A stretch of 63,340 nucleotides of DNA, filler included, from Octopus bimaculoides (GCF_001194135.2; 8 parts of 7 records of this genome joined end to end with filler, not necessarily neighbours in it); one strand, 5' to 3'; positions 38,860 to 52,200 are shown, counted from the whole stretch's first letter. Notes: generated from the letters alone by a model not told the origin. A program made the numbers and translations.

Positions 38860-39370
38860 AGTGGTAATGGTAGTCGTGGTTATATGGAAGTGGTGATGGT
38901 GGTAGTTACATAGTGGTGGTGGTGGTGGCAGTGGTGGTGGTAGTGGTGGTGGTAGTGGTGGTGGTAGTGGTGGTGGTAGTGGTGGTAATGGTGATAATAG
39001 TGATAGTGGATTTGATGAAAATGGCGGCTAGTGTAAATCAGTGTTGATGGTGGTAGGTAATGACAAAGGTAGTTATATGGTGGTAGTATTGATGTTATTA
39101 TTGTTGGTGGTGGTGATGGTAGTATTGGTGTTGTTGCTGTTGTTGTTGCTGGTGGTGATGGTGGCGGCGGCGGCGGTGATGGTGGTGATGGTGGTGGTGG
39201 CGATGGTTGTAATGGTGGTAGTAGTGGTAGTGGTGGTAGTGGTGGTAGTGGTGGTAGTGGTGGTAGTGGTAGTTGTGATGGTAATTATAGTGATGGTGTT
39301 AGTGGTTGTGGTGGTGACAGTGGTGTGACTGTGGTATTTAAACAGTGGTGGTGGCGGTGACGGTGGTCAA
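38860..39370. repeat. Long compound GGT/GAT/GTA trinucleotide tract
   Basis: Directly visible; the poly-Val ORF here is an artefact. Similar tracts lie at 43860-44180 and 44500-44890. Confidence 0.9.
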
Positions 39371-40033
39371 TATTATGGCTGAAGTAAAGTACCCCAGGGG
39401 AGCATTCCATATACTAAACACAAATATCATCGGGTCTCACTTTTATAATATAGCGAATTGAAAATAACTTCTATTAAATGAGATTATCCAATCAATTAAT
39501 AGTCAGTTTATAGTTGTCCTTGGTATCTGATACTGAAGAGAGCCCCAAAAGCTCGAAATGACTCTACAAATCCTCAGGGGTAGCTATGAACTTTATGTGT
39601 TTACACCTTTTACCTAAAGCGAGAAATTTTCTCCTTGACAAACCGTTATAAAAATGCCTTTTTACTGTTCAAATATGTTCCGTACTTTTGAACTGATTTA
39701 AAATTTAATTATTTTAGTACTAGCTATTTTGCTTGTGGCAAGATCAGCATTTGAATGTCCCTTATTTTTCTATATACTGCGTGACAGGGCGAACAACTGC
39801 CATCTCTAGCGGGCAGCTGTCCAGTACTAACGAACGGAAAATACCTTGAAAGCAAGCTGGTCTACTTGTCCTGTCAAATTGCTCGATGGTAGGGGTTCGC
39901 TCCCCAAGTCGCAATATATCGGACACAGGTTGCGTCGCTAACCAGCTGTAGGCGGTGTTCTCCTGGGGTTTGAAAAAGAGTAGTAACATTGTTCCGTACG
40001 GAACAGCCATGTTGAAGTGGCAACAAACATTAC

Positions 40034-40108
<75 letters not shown>

Positions 40109-40169
40109 CGCGCGCGCGTGCGCGTGTGTGTGCGGCAAGGATGGATTCATAAAGGTATATAAAACAAGG

Positions 40170-40496
40170 ACCATTCCGTCGGTTACGACGACGAGGGTCC
40201 CAGCTGAAACGATCAACGGAACAGCTTGCTCGTGAAATTAACGTGCAAGTGGCTGAGCAATACACAGAAACGTGTCCCCCTAACGTAGTTCTCAGGGAGA
40301 CTCAGCGTGCTACAGAGTGTGACAAGGCTGCCCCTTTGAAATACAGGTACTTCTTATTTTTGCCAGCTGAGTGGACTGGAGCAACGCGAAATAAAGTGTC
40401 TTTCTCAAGGACTTTCTCAACGCGTAGCCAGGAATTGAACTTATGACCTTACAATCGTGAATCAAATGCCCTAACCACTAAGCCACACGCCTTCAC
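40170..40496 (-). mobile_element. tRNA-derived SINE family 3
   Basis: Reverse complement of the copy at 42891-43215; head GTGAAGGCGTGTGGCTTAGTGGTTAGGG...GAGTTCAATTCC. Confidence 0.85.
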
Positions 40497-40776
40497 GCTA
40501 AAGATATAGCACAACCTGTTATATGGTGGTCGTCACCTATGACAACCATTACAAAACCAGCAGAACTAAAACAAAGCCTGTCAAAAGGACGAATGAATTT
40601 AACATAGGGTCAACAGCAATCTAGCAATAACTAGAGCAGGTGGACATTAGTTTGAAAAAATTCCAAGAGTATCTCAAAAGAAATTGCATTCTATACACTA
40701 TCTTGTTTCTTTTACTTGTTTCAGTTATTGCATTGTGACCATGGTGGAACATTAACCATGCTGGGACATTAACACA

Positions 40777-40823
<47 letters not shown>

Positions 40824-42890
40824 ACACACACACACACANNNNNNNNNNNNNNNNNNNNNNNNNNNNNNNNNNNNNNNNNNNNNNNNNNNNNNNNNNNNNN
40901 NNNNNNNNNNNNNNNNNNNNNNNNNNNNNNNNNNNNNNNNNNNNNNNNNNNNNNNNNNNNNNNNNNNNNNNNNNNNNNNNNNNNNNNNNNNNNNNNNNNN
41001 NNNNNNNNNNNNNNNNNNNNNNNNNNNNNNNNNNNNNNNNNNNNNNNNNNNNNNNNNNNNNNNNNNNNNNNNNNNNNNNNNNNNNNNNNNNNNATATATA
41101 TATATATATAATACAGAATAGGACAAGAACACAAAACATCCAGACAGTTAGGTGATACAAGAAAGGGACAAAACATCCAGATAGACGATACAAAGAAAAC
41201 ACGGACAGGTAATTCGGAGTTTTGTTTCTTCAGTCGAGATCCAGATTATCCTTGCAATTTCGGCTGGTTATTCTTGATATTGCTCCAATCTGGCCAGCCT
41301 CAAGGAAAAACTAAGCGAAGAGCACTAGATTCATTGGAAGAAAGCAGCGAATGTATGCATGCAACGGGCTTACACAGTTTCCATCTACACAATTCATTCA
41401 CAAGGCATGGGTCGACTCGGGGCAATAGTAGAAGATACTTGCCCAAGGTGTCACGCAATGGGACTGAACCCGAAACCACGTGCCTGCAGAGCGAGTTTCT
41501 TAACTACACAGCTATATCTGCACCTTTGCTAGCAAAGCAGGAGTAAAGACTGTATAAAAATTTGACGTTTCACATTCTGGTTATGAATGCTATTTTGTAT
41601 ATTCCAGCTTGGTGTTTGAGAGCCGCTTAGTATTGTTAGATAATCTTCGGCAAAGAGAAATTCACATAGGAAGTGGACAGAGATGGTAAAGGAGACTAAT
41701 GATCAGTTTGGGTTTTCAACCCCCAACCCCCTTTCATATGTCCTTTTGTATATGGCATGTAAGTATCCTGTGCACCAGTTTGTGTCACGCAAATTAGGAG
41801 AAAGTGGAATGAGCTCGGTAAAAAATTCACTCAAATTTTTTTTATGCAGTTTATCAGTAACAACACTTTTTAAAAATCAAACTCCTGTAGCGCAATGATT
41901 CTCAAACACCACCAAAAAAAATATTAGGGAAACGTTTTCATCTTCGACTTCTTCATCAATGAGAAGACAAAGTAATTTTTCCTTTGAAGGATCTCTGTGG
42001 TAACGTTACTCAACAGAATGCGTAGGTCAGGGATCAAAGATTCTCCAGTTCGAGCCGTTACTTCACTACATTAAGAGGTCACAACTCAGGTATTGAGGAT
42101 ATGTGATTAAAACGTCGTAGAAAAATATCACAAAACGCATTCTTCAAGCCAAGACAACCGACTGGTGACTGAGGAGTAGACCAAAAGCAAGATGGTTGGA
42201 TAATATCCATCTTTTCAGTTGGTCATGCATAGGAATCCTGCGAGAAAGCCTAATGACAATTGCTTCTGATACGATCCTATGGACCTTCCCAAGAACAGTT
42301 GGCGGAGATTAGGGGTGGGTGGATGGATGGATGGATGGATGGATGGATAAATGGATGGACATAATTTTTCTTTCATCATCAAAGTGTTGGCCGTGTTTAA
42401 AAGTTTAAAACCATTTTTACTTTCATTAAACATGGTAATTTGTCCTCGTTTTAATTTTTATGGCCACTCGAAGAAACGCTATGGCAATGACATCAAGATA
42501 AATGGAACAGACAAAAGGTATTGCTGTAAGTTCCTAGTCCTTGTTACTTGGTGCCCATACGTCATTCTTGATGAGAGAGTCCATCAGTAAAGAACTGGCG
42601 GCGGCAGCGGCGGCGGCAGCGGCGGCGGCAGCGGCGGCGGCNNNNNNNNNNNNNNNNNNNNNNNNNNNNAGTGGCTGCTGCCACCATCTTTGTATTGTAG
42701 GAGTTAGTACCAATAACTTAATTGATAATAAGACACTGTATATTTAATATGTGTGATGTTTAATATGACTGTTGGTGTGATGTTTAATATGGCTGTCGGT
42801 GTAATGGTCAGCCTTCATTGAGCTGGCCGATGATTAGAAGATATTTCAACCATAACTATGACAGTATTTTTATTTAGACATAGTACACCT

Positions 42891-43215
42891 GTGAAGGCGC
42901 GTGGCTTAGTGGTTAGGGTAATCGGTTTACGCTCGTAAGGTCACGAGTTCGATTCCTGGCGGCACGGTGTATCCTTAAGATAGACACTTTATTTCACGTT
43001 GCTCCTGTACACTCAGCTGGCAAAAATGTATAGTACCTGTATTTCTAAGGGTCTGCCTTGTTACATCCTGTGTCATGTTGAATCTCCTTGAGACATATAT
43101 TAAGGGTACGTGTGTATTTGGAGTGCTCATCCACGTACACGTTCATTTCACAAGCAGACTGTTCCGATGATAATATCAACTGGAATCCTCGTCGTCGTAA
43201 CCGACGGAGTGCCAG
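42891..43215 (+). mobile_element. tRNA-derived SINE family 3
   Basis: GTGAAGGCGCGTGGCTTAGTGGTTAGGG...GAGTTCGATTCC head; ends CCTCGTCGTCGTAACCGACGGAGTGCC. A partial copy lies at 3265-3410 (-). Confidence 0.85.
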
Positions 43216-43866
43216 AATATCTAGAAGTATATCCTATAATGTATTCTTCTTTAAGGCAGCAGGATGTAACCTGAAGCAGATTTGGTTGCTATTTTAGCAA
43301 ACTGAACGACTACTTAAGAGTTGGTTGTTGCTGTTTAACCTCAATTCGACTCTGGTCGATAAGATTTATCTATGACCAAAGGTGCTCCAGCCATGACCAC
43401 CTCTCCATTTTCATGCATAGCAACAATATTCAGTGTGACTTCTCTTCAAGTGTGTAATTTTGGGGAGATTTTGACTGCTATTTCTGGACGATTAAGCGAA
43501 CAAGAAGATATTCCTTTGTTGACTGCAAGTTCTGAAGATGTCAACACTAGAAAATGACAATGTAGTGTGGGACGGGACTGAACAAAGAAATTCATCAGTG
43601 TTGATGTTGTGGGTGTTTTGACATCCAGTTTGCTATGATTGAGCAAGCCTATGACTGGACAATCCTGTCATGACCACTTCGTCCTGTTTACAAAATAAAT
43701 TCAGAACAACACTATTAAATGTCCGTTTCGTTTTTAAAACGGTATGGTAAGATTTCGACGCGATTTGGCTGTTATTTCTACCTGGTCGATCGTGTATGTA
43801 AAGGCCTCCTTATTGACACTTGATTGGGATTATAGTACCTTGTGCCAGTTGCAGTGGCGGAAGACG

Positions 43867-43899
<33 letters not shown>

Positions 43900-44923
43900 C
43901 GATGACGACGACGACGACGACGACGTTGATGGTGGTGGTGGTAGTGGTAGTGGTAGTGGTAGTGGTGGTGGTGGCGGCGGCGGTTGTGGTGGCGGCGGTG
44001 GTGGTAATGAGGTGGAGGAGGGGTGGTGGTGTTGGTGATGATGATTTTAGTGATATAGAGGTAGGTTGAGCGTCGTATGAGGAGGAGGATGATGGTGATG
44101 GGTGTAGTGACAATAACATTCATAGCAGCGCGATCATTATGATGATGGTGGTGGTGATGGTGATGGTGATGGTGATGGTGATGGTGATGATGATGGCAGG
44201 AGTCGGAGTGAAGGAAGCAGGAAAAGTTATAGTTGCTAGGAGAATAAGACAGAGACTAAGAGAGAGAGAGAGAGAGAGAATGGACAGACAGAAGAAATAC
44301 TGTGCTTGAGAATCCGTTTGTTTTAATTTGTTACCATAGCAACGAGAGGCAATTGTAGATGCAATGGTAAAGATAGACGAGTTGGATGGCCTGTACTATG
44401 GAGACCAGATTGGTCTTTGTCACTGGCTATTACTGGCCTGTGTAGGATACATAGAAATAGTGGTAGAGACACAGTAGCGGTGGGAGTTAATGTGGTAATG
44501 GTGATGGCAGTGGTATATACTATGGTAGTAGCAGAGCAGTGGTGGTGGCAGTAGTGGTGGTGAGGTGGGTGGATTAAGGTGGTAGTGATAGTGGTAGTAC
44601 TGTGGTGATGATAGTAGTTGTTAAAACATTAGCTGTGTTAGTAGGTGTGGTAGAGATATGTATTGTTGATGTGGTGGTGGCGGTGACGGTAGTGGTGAGA
44701 TGTTAGTGGTTGTGACAGTATTGGCTGTAGTTGAGATAGTGATGGTATAATAAGTAGTAGTTAATGTGTGTTGTCGGTGGTGGTGGTGGTGATGGTGGCT
44801 ATAGTGATAACGATGGTGAGAAGTAGGCGTGATTGTTTTGGTTGTAGTCGTGGTGGTGTTGTAGTAGTGATATTTGTTGGAAAGTGGTGGGTAACAGAGT
44901 TGATATACATACATACATACATG

Positions 44924-45013
<90 letters not shown>

Positions 45014-45539
45014 NNNNNNNNNNNNNNNNNNNNNNNNNNNNNNNNNNNNNNNNNNNNNNNNNNNNNNNNNNNNNNNNNNNNNNNNNNNNNNNNNNNNNNN
45101 NNNNNNNNNNNNNNNNNNNNNNNNNNNNNNNNNNNNNNNNNNNNNNNNNNNNNNNNNNNNNNNNNNNNNNNNNNNNNNNNNNNNNNNNNNNNNNNNNNNN
45201 NNNNNNNNNNNNNNNNNNNNNNNNNNNNNNNNNNNNNNNNNNNNNNNNNNNNNNNNNNNNNNNNNNNNNNNNNNNNNNNNNNNNNNNNNNNNNNNNNNNN
45301 NNNNNNNNNNNNNNNNNNNNNNNNNNNNNNNNNNNNNNNNNNNNNNNNNNNTTTCTAAATTTGGTATTTATTTATTTGCCAAATCGCTAAGTTACAGGGA
45401 CTTAAACAAATCAACATCATCGCGCTGGGAAAGACAAACACAGACGTACCCTTTCTCTTTCTCTTTCACTATCCCTCTCTCTCTCTCTCTCTCTCTACCC
45501 CCTTACACACACACACACAATAATGTACATGCATACATG

Positions 45540-46115
45540 ATGACCGTCCACTCGTGACCGAGGAAAACCATTACTGACCTTTAGGAACATTGTGCGCTCA
45601 AGACTACCTTATACTTTACACTTGTGGCTCTGTTGGTGACTAATGAGCCCTGCTCTTGACAAACATACATGACTGCAAACATTGCAGACCAAGCTTTCCC
45701 CATTCATTACACTAACAGTGCGTTTTCGAGCACCACGCTTAAATTCTTCATGAACAATACGTGCTTTTTTTCAAAGGTACCGACTCCCTCTTTCAAAAGT
45801 ATCAACTCCGTGGCGATGACAAGCATTGCTCTCCCAATCAGCTTCCTGCATTTTCACAAGCCTTTAATGAGGACTTTACACACTCCTTAAATCGCAGTCT
45901 TGGCTTCTGCCGGGGTCGCTTTCCACTAACAAGTTCCCCTTATAGCATCTGTTTAAGGATCCTACACTATCGCCTCAATACTCAGGATATCGGCTTTCCT
46001 CAGGACATATATATGTGGAGTTTTTAAGGTCCAGCCAACATTCAGAATGAGTTTCAGACATCTCTGACGGAAGCGTTCAAGGACCTTTATGTGACGTTTG
46101 TAAAGGGTCCATGTC
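45540..46115 (-). mobile_element. RTE-BovB-like LINE RT C-terminal fragment
   Basis: The minus strand reads ETWTLYKRHIKVLERFRQRCLKLILNVGW....VLRKADILSIEAIV, a typical RTE post-RT motif, and is degraded downstream. Confidence 0.8.
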
Positions 46116-46241
46116 TCACATGATATTTATTTTATCGGTTCATTATGCCGAATCGCTAAGTTACAGGGACGTAAATAAACCATTATCAAGCTGTGGAAAA
46201 CAAACATAGACATACCTTTTCTCTTTCTATCAAACTTTCCC

Positions 46242-46272
<31 letters not shown>

Positions 46273-46276
46273 ATCT

Positions 46277-46364
<88 letters not shown>

Positions 46365-46509
46365 ATCTCTCTATCTCTCTCTCTACCCTCACACATGTAC
46401 ATATATATACATACATATACACATACATACATGCATACATACATATATACATACATACATACATAAACGTACACACATACATACATACATACATACATAT
46501 ATACATACA

Positions 46510-46555
<46 letters not shown>

Positions 46556-47109
46556 NNNNNNNNNNNNNNNNNNNNNNNNCATACATACATATATACATAC
46601 ATACATACATAGACGTACACACATGCATGACGGGTTTCTGAACAATGTGGTTGCGAAGCAAGCATCTTAAATATACAGCCACACCTGCGCCTGCATAAAT
46701 AGCTCTTTATGGAATATAGGATTAGATTATTTTGGAGGAAGGGATTGTACCCATGGCCTTCGGTCGTGGCCTCTTCGAGACCAATGAGTTCGATGTGCTT
46801 GATGTTTCCCATGAACACTTGCAAGTCGACGACTGCAAAGCAAAAAGCATGAGCAGGATGGGAGGGTGGACAACTCCAAAGGACTCACTTTCTAAGGAAG
46901 AAGGACAGGGTGTAATGGCGAGACAAGGGGAAACGAGTGGGTCAGGAGTATCTACATGGAAGTGGCGCGAGACCAACCATTTCGAGGAGCAGAGGCTACA
47001 GGAGCAGCAGTGGAAAATGTAGGGAGAGGAAACAATACATCTGTGAGTTAGAGGTAGAATGGTCGTTCTTTGGATGCGTTCGCAGATGGCTGTGTGTTGT
47101 AGCAATACT

Positions 47110-48075
47110 TCTGTCATAGATGTGGAAACAATACTTCATTGTGTGTCAACAATTTATTGGTATGCTAATCTTCTACAGAAAGACCTAGATATCATATATA
47201 AATGTGCTGAGGACAACAACATGCAATTTAATACAGGCAAATTCCAAGCCCTCCCTAGCACTTGATTGGTGCTCTGAAATCACAACGATACTTTAGACCA
47301 AAAGGAGTAGCAATCCTAGAATCACATACGGTGTGGGACCTTGCCTCGTTTCATATGCATGTCATCAACATAATGGCAGTGTGTAGGCGAATAGCCAGAT
47401 GAATTCTGAGAACCTTCAAAACAAGGGACCAGGAAACTATGCTGGTCCTATGGAGGACATTTGTCCTCAGTCGTCTGGACTACTGCTCTCAACTGTAGTC
47501 ACCTTACACTGTAGGATTAATAGCAGAACTTGGGGCGGCTCAGCGATACTACAAGAGGAAGATTGCATCGATGGAATAGCTGAGTTACTGGGAGGGACTG
47601 AAAGAGCTACGACTCTGCTCCCTGGAGTGAAGGCAGGAGAGGTATGCAGTAATACATGTGTGGAAGATACTGAAGGAGCTAACACCAAACTTTGGAATTG
47701 AGAGTTATATCAGACCTCGAAGTGGGCGTCACTGCACTGTTCCAAAAGTCCCAGCTGTTTCATCTAAGGTGTGGACCATAGCTTGGGATTCAAGGGCCTA
47801 CAGCTATTTAACTCCTTGCTAAAATATCTGAGGGATCTCCATGGAGTGGGGGTAGAAGTTTTCAAGAAACAACTTGACCTCTTGCTATCCAAGATCCCAG
47901 ATGAACCAATATCAAGGCAGGAAACTCAAAAGAGGGCAACGGTATCGAACTCCCTCCTTCACCAAAAGCCAATCCCATAGAATTGGCCAATTAAAAGGTG
48001 ATTACACTGGTGGTGCCCCAGCATGTTCACAGCCACAAGGTTGAAACATATAAAAGAATAAGAAAATAAAAGAAT
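47110..48075 (+). mobile_element. CR1/L2-group LINE 3' end
   Basis: YANLLQKDLDIIYKCAEDNNMQFNTGKFQAL, frameshifted LRTFKTRD...RLDYCSQL, and SLGFKGLQLFNSL.KYLRDLHGVGVEVFKKQLDLLLSKIPDEP. The 3' stem-loop is followed by an AAAGAAT-like tail. Confidence 0.88.
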
Positions 48076-48429
48076 ATACGTATTACAATAGCGCTATCCC
48101 ACATGCGTGAGCAGTATTTATTTGTAAATCTAGGACGTGTGAGTGTGTGTGTNNNNNNNNNNNNNNNNNNNNNNNNNNNNNNNNNNNNNNNNNNNNNNNN
48201 NNNNNNNNNNNNNNNNNNNNNNNNNNNNNNNNNNNNNNNNNNNNNNNNNNNNNNNNNNNNNNNNNNNNNNNNNNNNNNNNNNNNNNNNNNNNNNNNNNNN
48301 NNNNNNNNNNNNNNNNNNNNNNNNNNNNNNNNNNNNNNNNNNNNNNNNNNNNNNNNNNNNNNNNNNNNNNNNNNNNNNNNNNNNNNNNNNNNNNNNNNNN
48401 NNNNNNNNNNNNNNNNNNNNNNNNNNNNN

Positions 48430-48462
<33 letters not shown>

Positions 48463-48755
48463 ACACGCTGGCAGAATCGGGCGAAATGCTTAGCGGTGTT
48501 TCGTCCCGTCTTTACGATCTGAGTTCAAATTCCGCTGACGTCGACTTTACTTTTCATCCTTTCGAGGTCAATAAAATAAGCACCGGTTGATTTAATCGAC
48601 TTAACTACTCCTTGGAAAGAGTATCAAAATTGCACCCCTCTTCCAAGCCATGTCGATCCAGTGCGACAGAGTAGAATCATCAAACCAATATGATCCATGT
48701 GGAGAACATGCTTGAGGCCTTCATCTTGAACATAGGCAATCTAATTCAATCCAAC

Positions 48756-48810
<55 letters not shown>

Positions 48811-48812
48811 TA

Positions 48813-49420
48813 CAGGGGTTGGACAAAAAATGGGAACACCTTAAAATTTCAAACAAATTTACTTTGATATGGGGTAGGACCGCGTTTGGCAGTAATTACA
48901 GCTTGAATTCTACGAGTTATGGACTCGTTCAAACTCTCAATTATTTCCAAAGAAATTTTTGTCCATTCTTCAGCTAAAACAGTCTCCAGTTCTTGTAGTG
49001 ATAATTGTTTTTCGAAAATGAACCATAAATGTTCAATAATGTTGAGATCTGTGAACTATGGTAGCCAGATAAGATGTTCAACTTCACTAGAATGTTCCTT
49101 GTGCCATTCCATTCAGTAACAACTTTAGCTGTGTGAATTCGGCAGTATTATCCTGAAAGATTGCGTTTCTCTCCAGAAACAGTTCCGCAACCATAGGATG
49201 AATTTTATAAGATAAAATGCTTAAATAGTCTTTACTATTAATTCCACTATAAAGGGAAACCATTGGGCCGGCGGATTTCCAAGATATAGCCCCCCTCCCC
49301 CACATATCATCACAGATCCTCTTCCATGTTTAACAGTTGGGAGAAGGCAGTCTGGGTCAAATGCTTATTTTGGCTGTCTCCACACGCATACTCAGCCGGT
49401 GGTCGGAAATAAGGTAAAGA
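48813..49420 (-). mobile_element. Tc1-like element, one TIR plus transposase C-terminal part
   Basis: TA then CAGGGGTTGGACAAAAAATGGGAACACC (TIR). The minus strand reads GAISWKSAGPMVSL...AIFQDN...DLNIIEHLW. Cut by a gap. Confidence 0.88.
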
Positions 49421-49520
49421 NNNNNNNNNNNNNNNNNNNNNNNNNNNNNNNNNNNNNNNNNNNNTTAATTAATTAANNNNNNNNNNNNNNNNNNNNNNNN
49501 NNNNNNNNNNNNNNNNNNNN

Positions 49521-49876
49521 TTCTCTAAAAGAAATGGAAAAACTTTCAAAATACAAAGACCTGGAAATAGAGATAACTCGAATGTGGAATCTAAAAACAG
49601 AAACAATTCCTATCATAGTAGGTGCCTTAGGTATAATAAAAAAATATTCAGACAAATACATAACAAAAATAGCAGGACTTACAAATATATATAACATACA
49701 GAAAATTGCACTACTGGGTACTGCACACATTCTACGCAAAACACTTTCAATACAGTAAACATAAGAGCACCACAGCAAACCACAGCACATACCCAAGGCG
49801 CACAGAGCTGCGCTCGGTAGTGAAGTGAAAGCACGTTATAAAAATAAAACTACTGAATAATAATAATAATAATAAT
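49521..49876 (+). mobile_element. R4/Dong-like (RLE) non-LTR retrotransposon 3' end
   Basis: KEMEKLSKYKDLEIEITRMWNLKTETIPIIVGALG...IQKIALLGTAHILRKTLSIQ* with an intact frame, a ~100-nt UTR and a (TAA)n end. Confidence 0.85.
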
Positions 49877-49879
49877 AGC

Positions 49880-50105
49880 CAACATGATGTGGCTGTCCTG
49901 GAAGGAACGATGTTACTGCTTTTTAGCCCCAGGAAACATCGTTTCTAGGTGGCTATACGACACAATATCTGTGTCCTTACATTTTCGAACAGGGAGTTCA
50001 GCACTCCCATCCAACGCTGGATGTGTCGTATAGCCACCTAGAAACGATGTTTCCTGGGCTAAACAACAGTAACATCGTCCCTTCCAGGACAGCCACATTA
50101 TGTTG
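49880..50105. mobile_element. Foldback/MITE with ~85-bp inverted arms
   Basis: 49880-49964 vs 50022-50105, about 5 differences. No clear TSD. Confidence 0.85.
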
Positions 50106-52146
50106 ATATGCTCTTAGCTATACAAGCTAAGGGCGTGTCAGCGAGAGCATGCACAAGTTATGCACATAATGCAAAAATAGTATAATTATAAAGAACCATG
50201 CATGTGCTACACACCTGCAACATGATTAAATGCTATATAAGTGGGTTGAAAAAATATGCAATTTAATGCAATGTAAATCTGAAAGATTCTATGCTCTCTT
50301 ATGTCAGCTCACAATGTTGAATACAAAATACAATATACACAAAATACAGTGGATCAGTAGATGACCAAAGCACTAACATGAGAAGTGATGCATCTTTTCA
50401 TGTTCACATTACAAAGACAGTAATTAAATTTTAACGGTTAGCCGTATATATTCGAAGCACTTTCAAAGCAAGAAAGTAGAAAACCATACGGTTTTCTGGT
50501 GAACGTTTGTCTTTAACTGCTTAGATTACTGCTTCGATTTGTAGTCATAACGCTATGCAAAATTAATGACACAACCTGAAGCAATCAAACATAGCTACAC
50601 GAAAGAGATGGCCCCCAACGTAACAGATCAGCTCTTGGGTAACGCTGGAAAAGTTAAGACTCTCCTCATTAGACCAATGGTTCTCAACCGGGGTCCATAT
50701 GGCCCTTCTGGTTCCACGTAAATTTTTTTTTTTTTTTTTTTGATAAAATTCGTGCACAAAAATAAATGGATAAAAGAATCGAATGGCTAGGAGGGACCAT
50801 CCGAGTAAAACATGAATCAAAGGTAAGAAATGGTTGAAATTTAGCATTGAATGCGATGCTAATCTCNNNNNNNNNNNNNNNNNNNNNNNNNNNNNNNNNN
50901 NNNNNNNNNNNNNNNNNNNNNNNNNNNNNNNNNNNNNNNNNNNNNNNNNNNNNNNNNNNNNNNNNNNNNNNNNNNNNNNNNNNNNNNNNNNNNNNNNNNN
51001 NNNNNNNNNNNNNNNNNNNNNNNNNNNNNNNNNNNNNNNNNNNNNNNNNNNNNNNNNNNNNNNNNNNNNNNNNNNNNNNNNNNNNNNNNNNNNNNNNNNN
51101 NNNNNNNNNNNNNNNNNNNNNNNNNNNNNNNNNNNNNNNNNNNNNNNNNNNNNNNNNNNNNNNNNNNNNNNNNNNNNNNNNNNNNNNNNNNNNNNNNNNN
51201 NNNNNNNNNNNNNNNNNNNNNNNNNNNNNNNNNNNNNNNNNNNNNNNNNNNNNNNNNNNNNNNNNNNNNNNNNNNNNNNNNNNNNNNNNNNNNNNNNNNN
51301 NNNNNNNNNNNNNNNNNNNNNNNNNNNNNNNAGAGAGAGAGAGAGAGAGAGAGAAGGAAAGAGTGTGCGACGGACTGAAAGACAGGGAAAGCCTCACACA
51401 CACGCGCGCACACCACATAGAAACACACACATGCATATGCGCTATTCAAAACACCACCACCACCACCAGCACTATCATCATTATCATAATCAGCATCATC
51501 ATCAATAGCAGCAGCAGCAGCGGTATCAGCAGCGACAGCAGCAGCAGCAGCAGCAGCAGCAGTAACAGCAGCAGCATTAAAGCCTCAATAGATTTTGCGA
51601 GTTAAAGATAATTACTATAAGCTGTGACATCTTTCAGGATTCGTTGCTTGCAGCGCTAGCTTGATATCAGCAATTACAAACTTTTCCGTGGTTCTTTCAA
51701 AGGACACATTAATCATTCGTACACATTCGTGTCTTCTGAATTTAGACAGCTCTGCCAAATGTGCTTGCTGTAATCGTCGTGCTTGTGCCTCTCCTATTTT
51801 AACTGAACAGTTTCCAACTTAGCATGTTTTTCGCTCTTGTTCTTGTTCGTGTTGTTGTTCTCTGTAGGCATATTTACTACACACGCGCACACATACACAC
51901 ATGCACGCATACACACATGCATACAAACGCATTAGAGAGAATGGCGAGTGCATGGAGGTATTTTCGTATGAAGAACGAGAATGCATACGCACCGTGTACA
52001 GTCGGGCCCGAAGACGCTATCCAAAGACGTGATGTACACGCTTTCGTAGACGCAGATGTGTACGCATGCGTGTATATTTATATTCGTTAGATTGTGCAAA
52101 CGAAATAGTAAATTGAGGGTACTCAGCACATGTATATGTATGTATG

Positions 52147-52200
<54 letters not shown>

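Noticed and set aside
39990-40005. Perfect 16-bp palindrome TGTTCCGTACGGAACA
   Set aside because: About one such palindrome is expected by chance in roughly 50 kb, and there is no supporting context.
42594-42641. GGC/GCA repeat (poly-Ala ORF)
   Set aside because: Short, truncated by a gap, with no splice signals or non-repetitive coding context.
42891-42960. tRNA-like sequence
   Set aside because: It continues into a SINE body shared with other copies and has no full cloverleaf, so it is a SINE head and not a tRNA gene.
50665-50715. hAT-like terminus CAATGGTTCTCAACCGGGG
   Set aside because: No matching second TIR is visible before the gap, so the element cannot be delimited.
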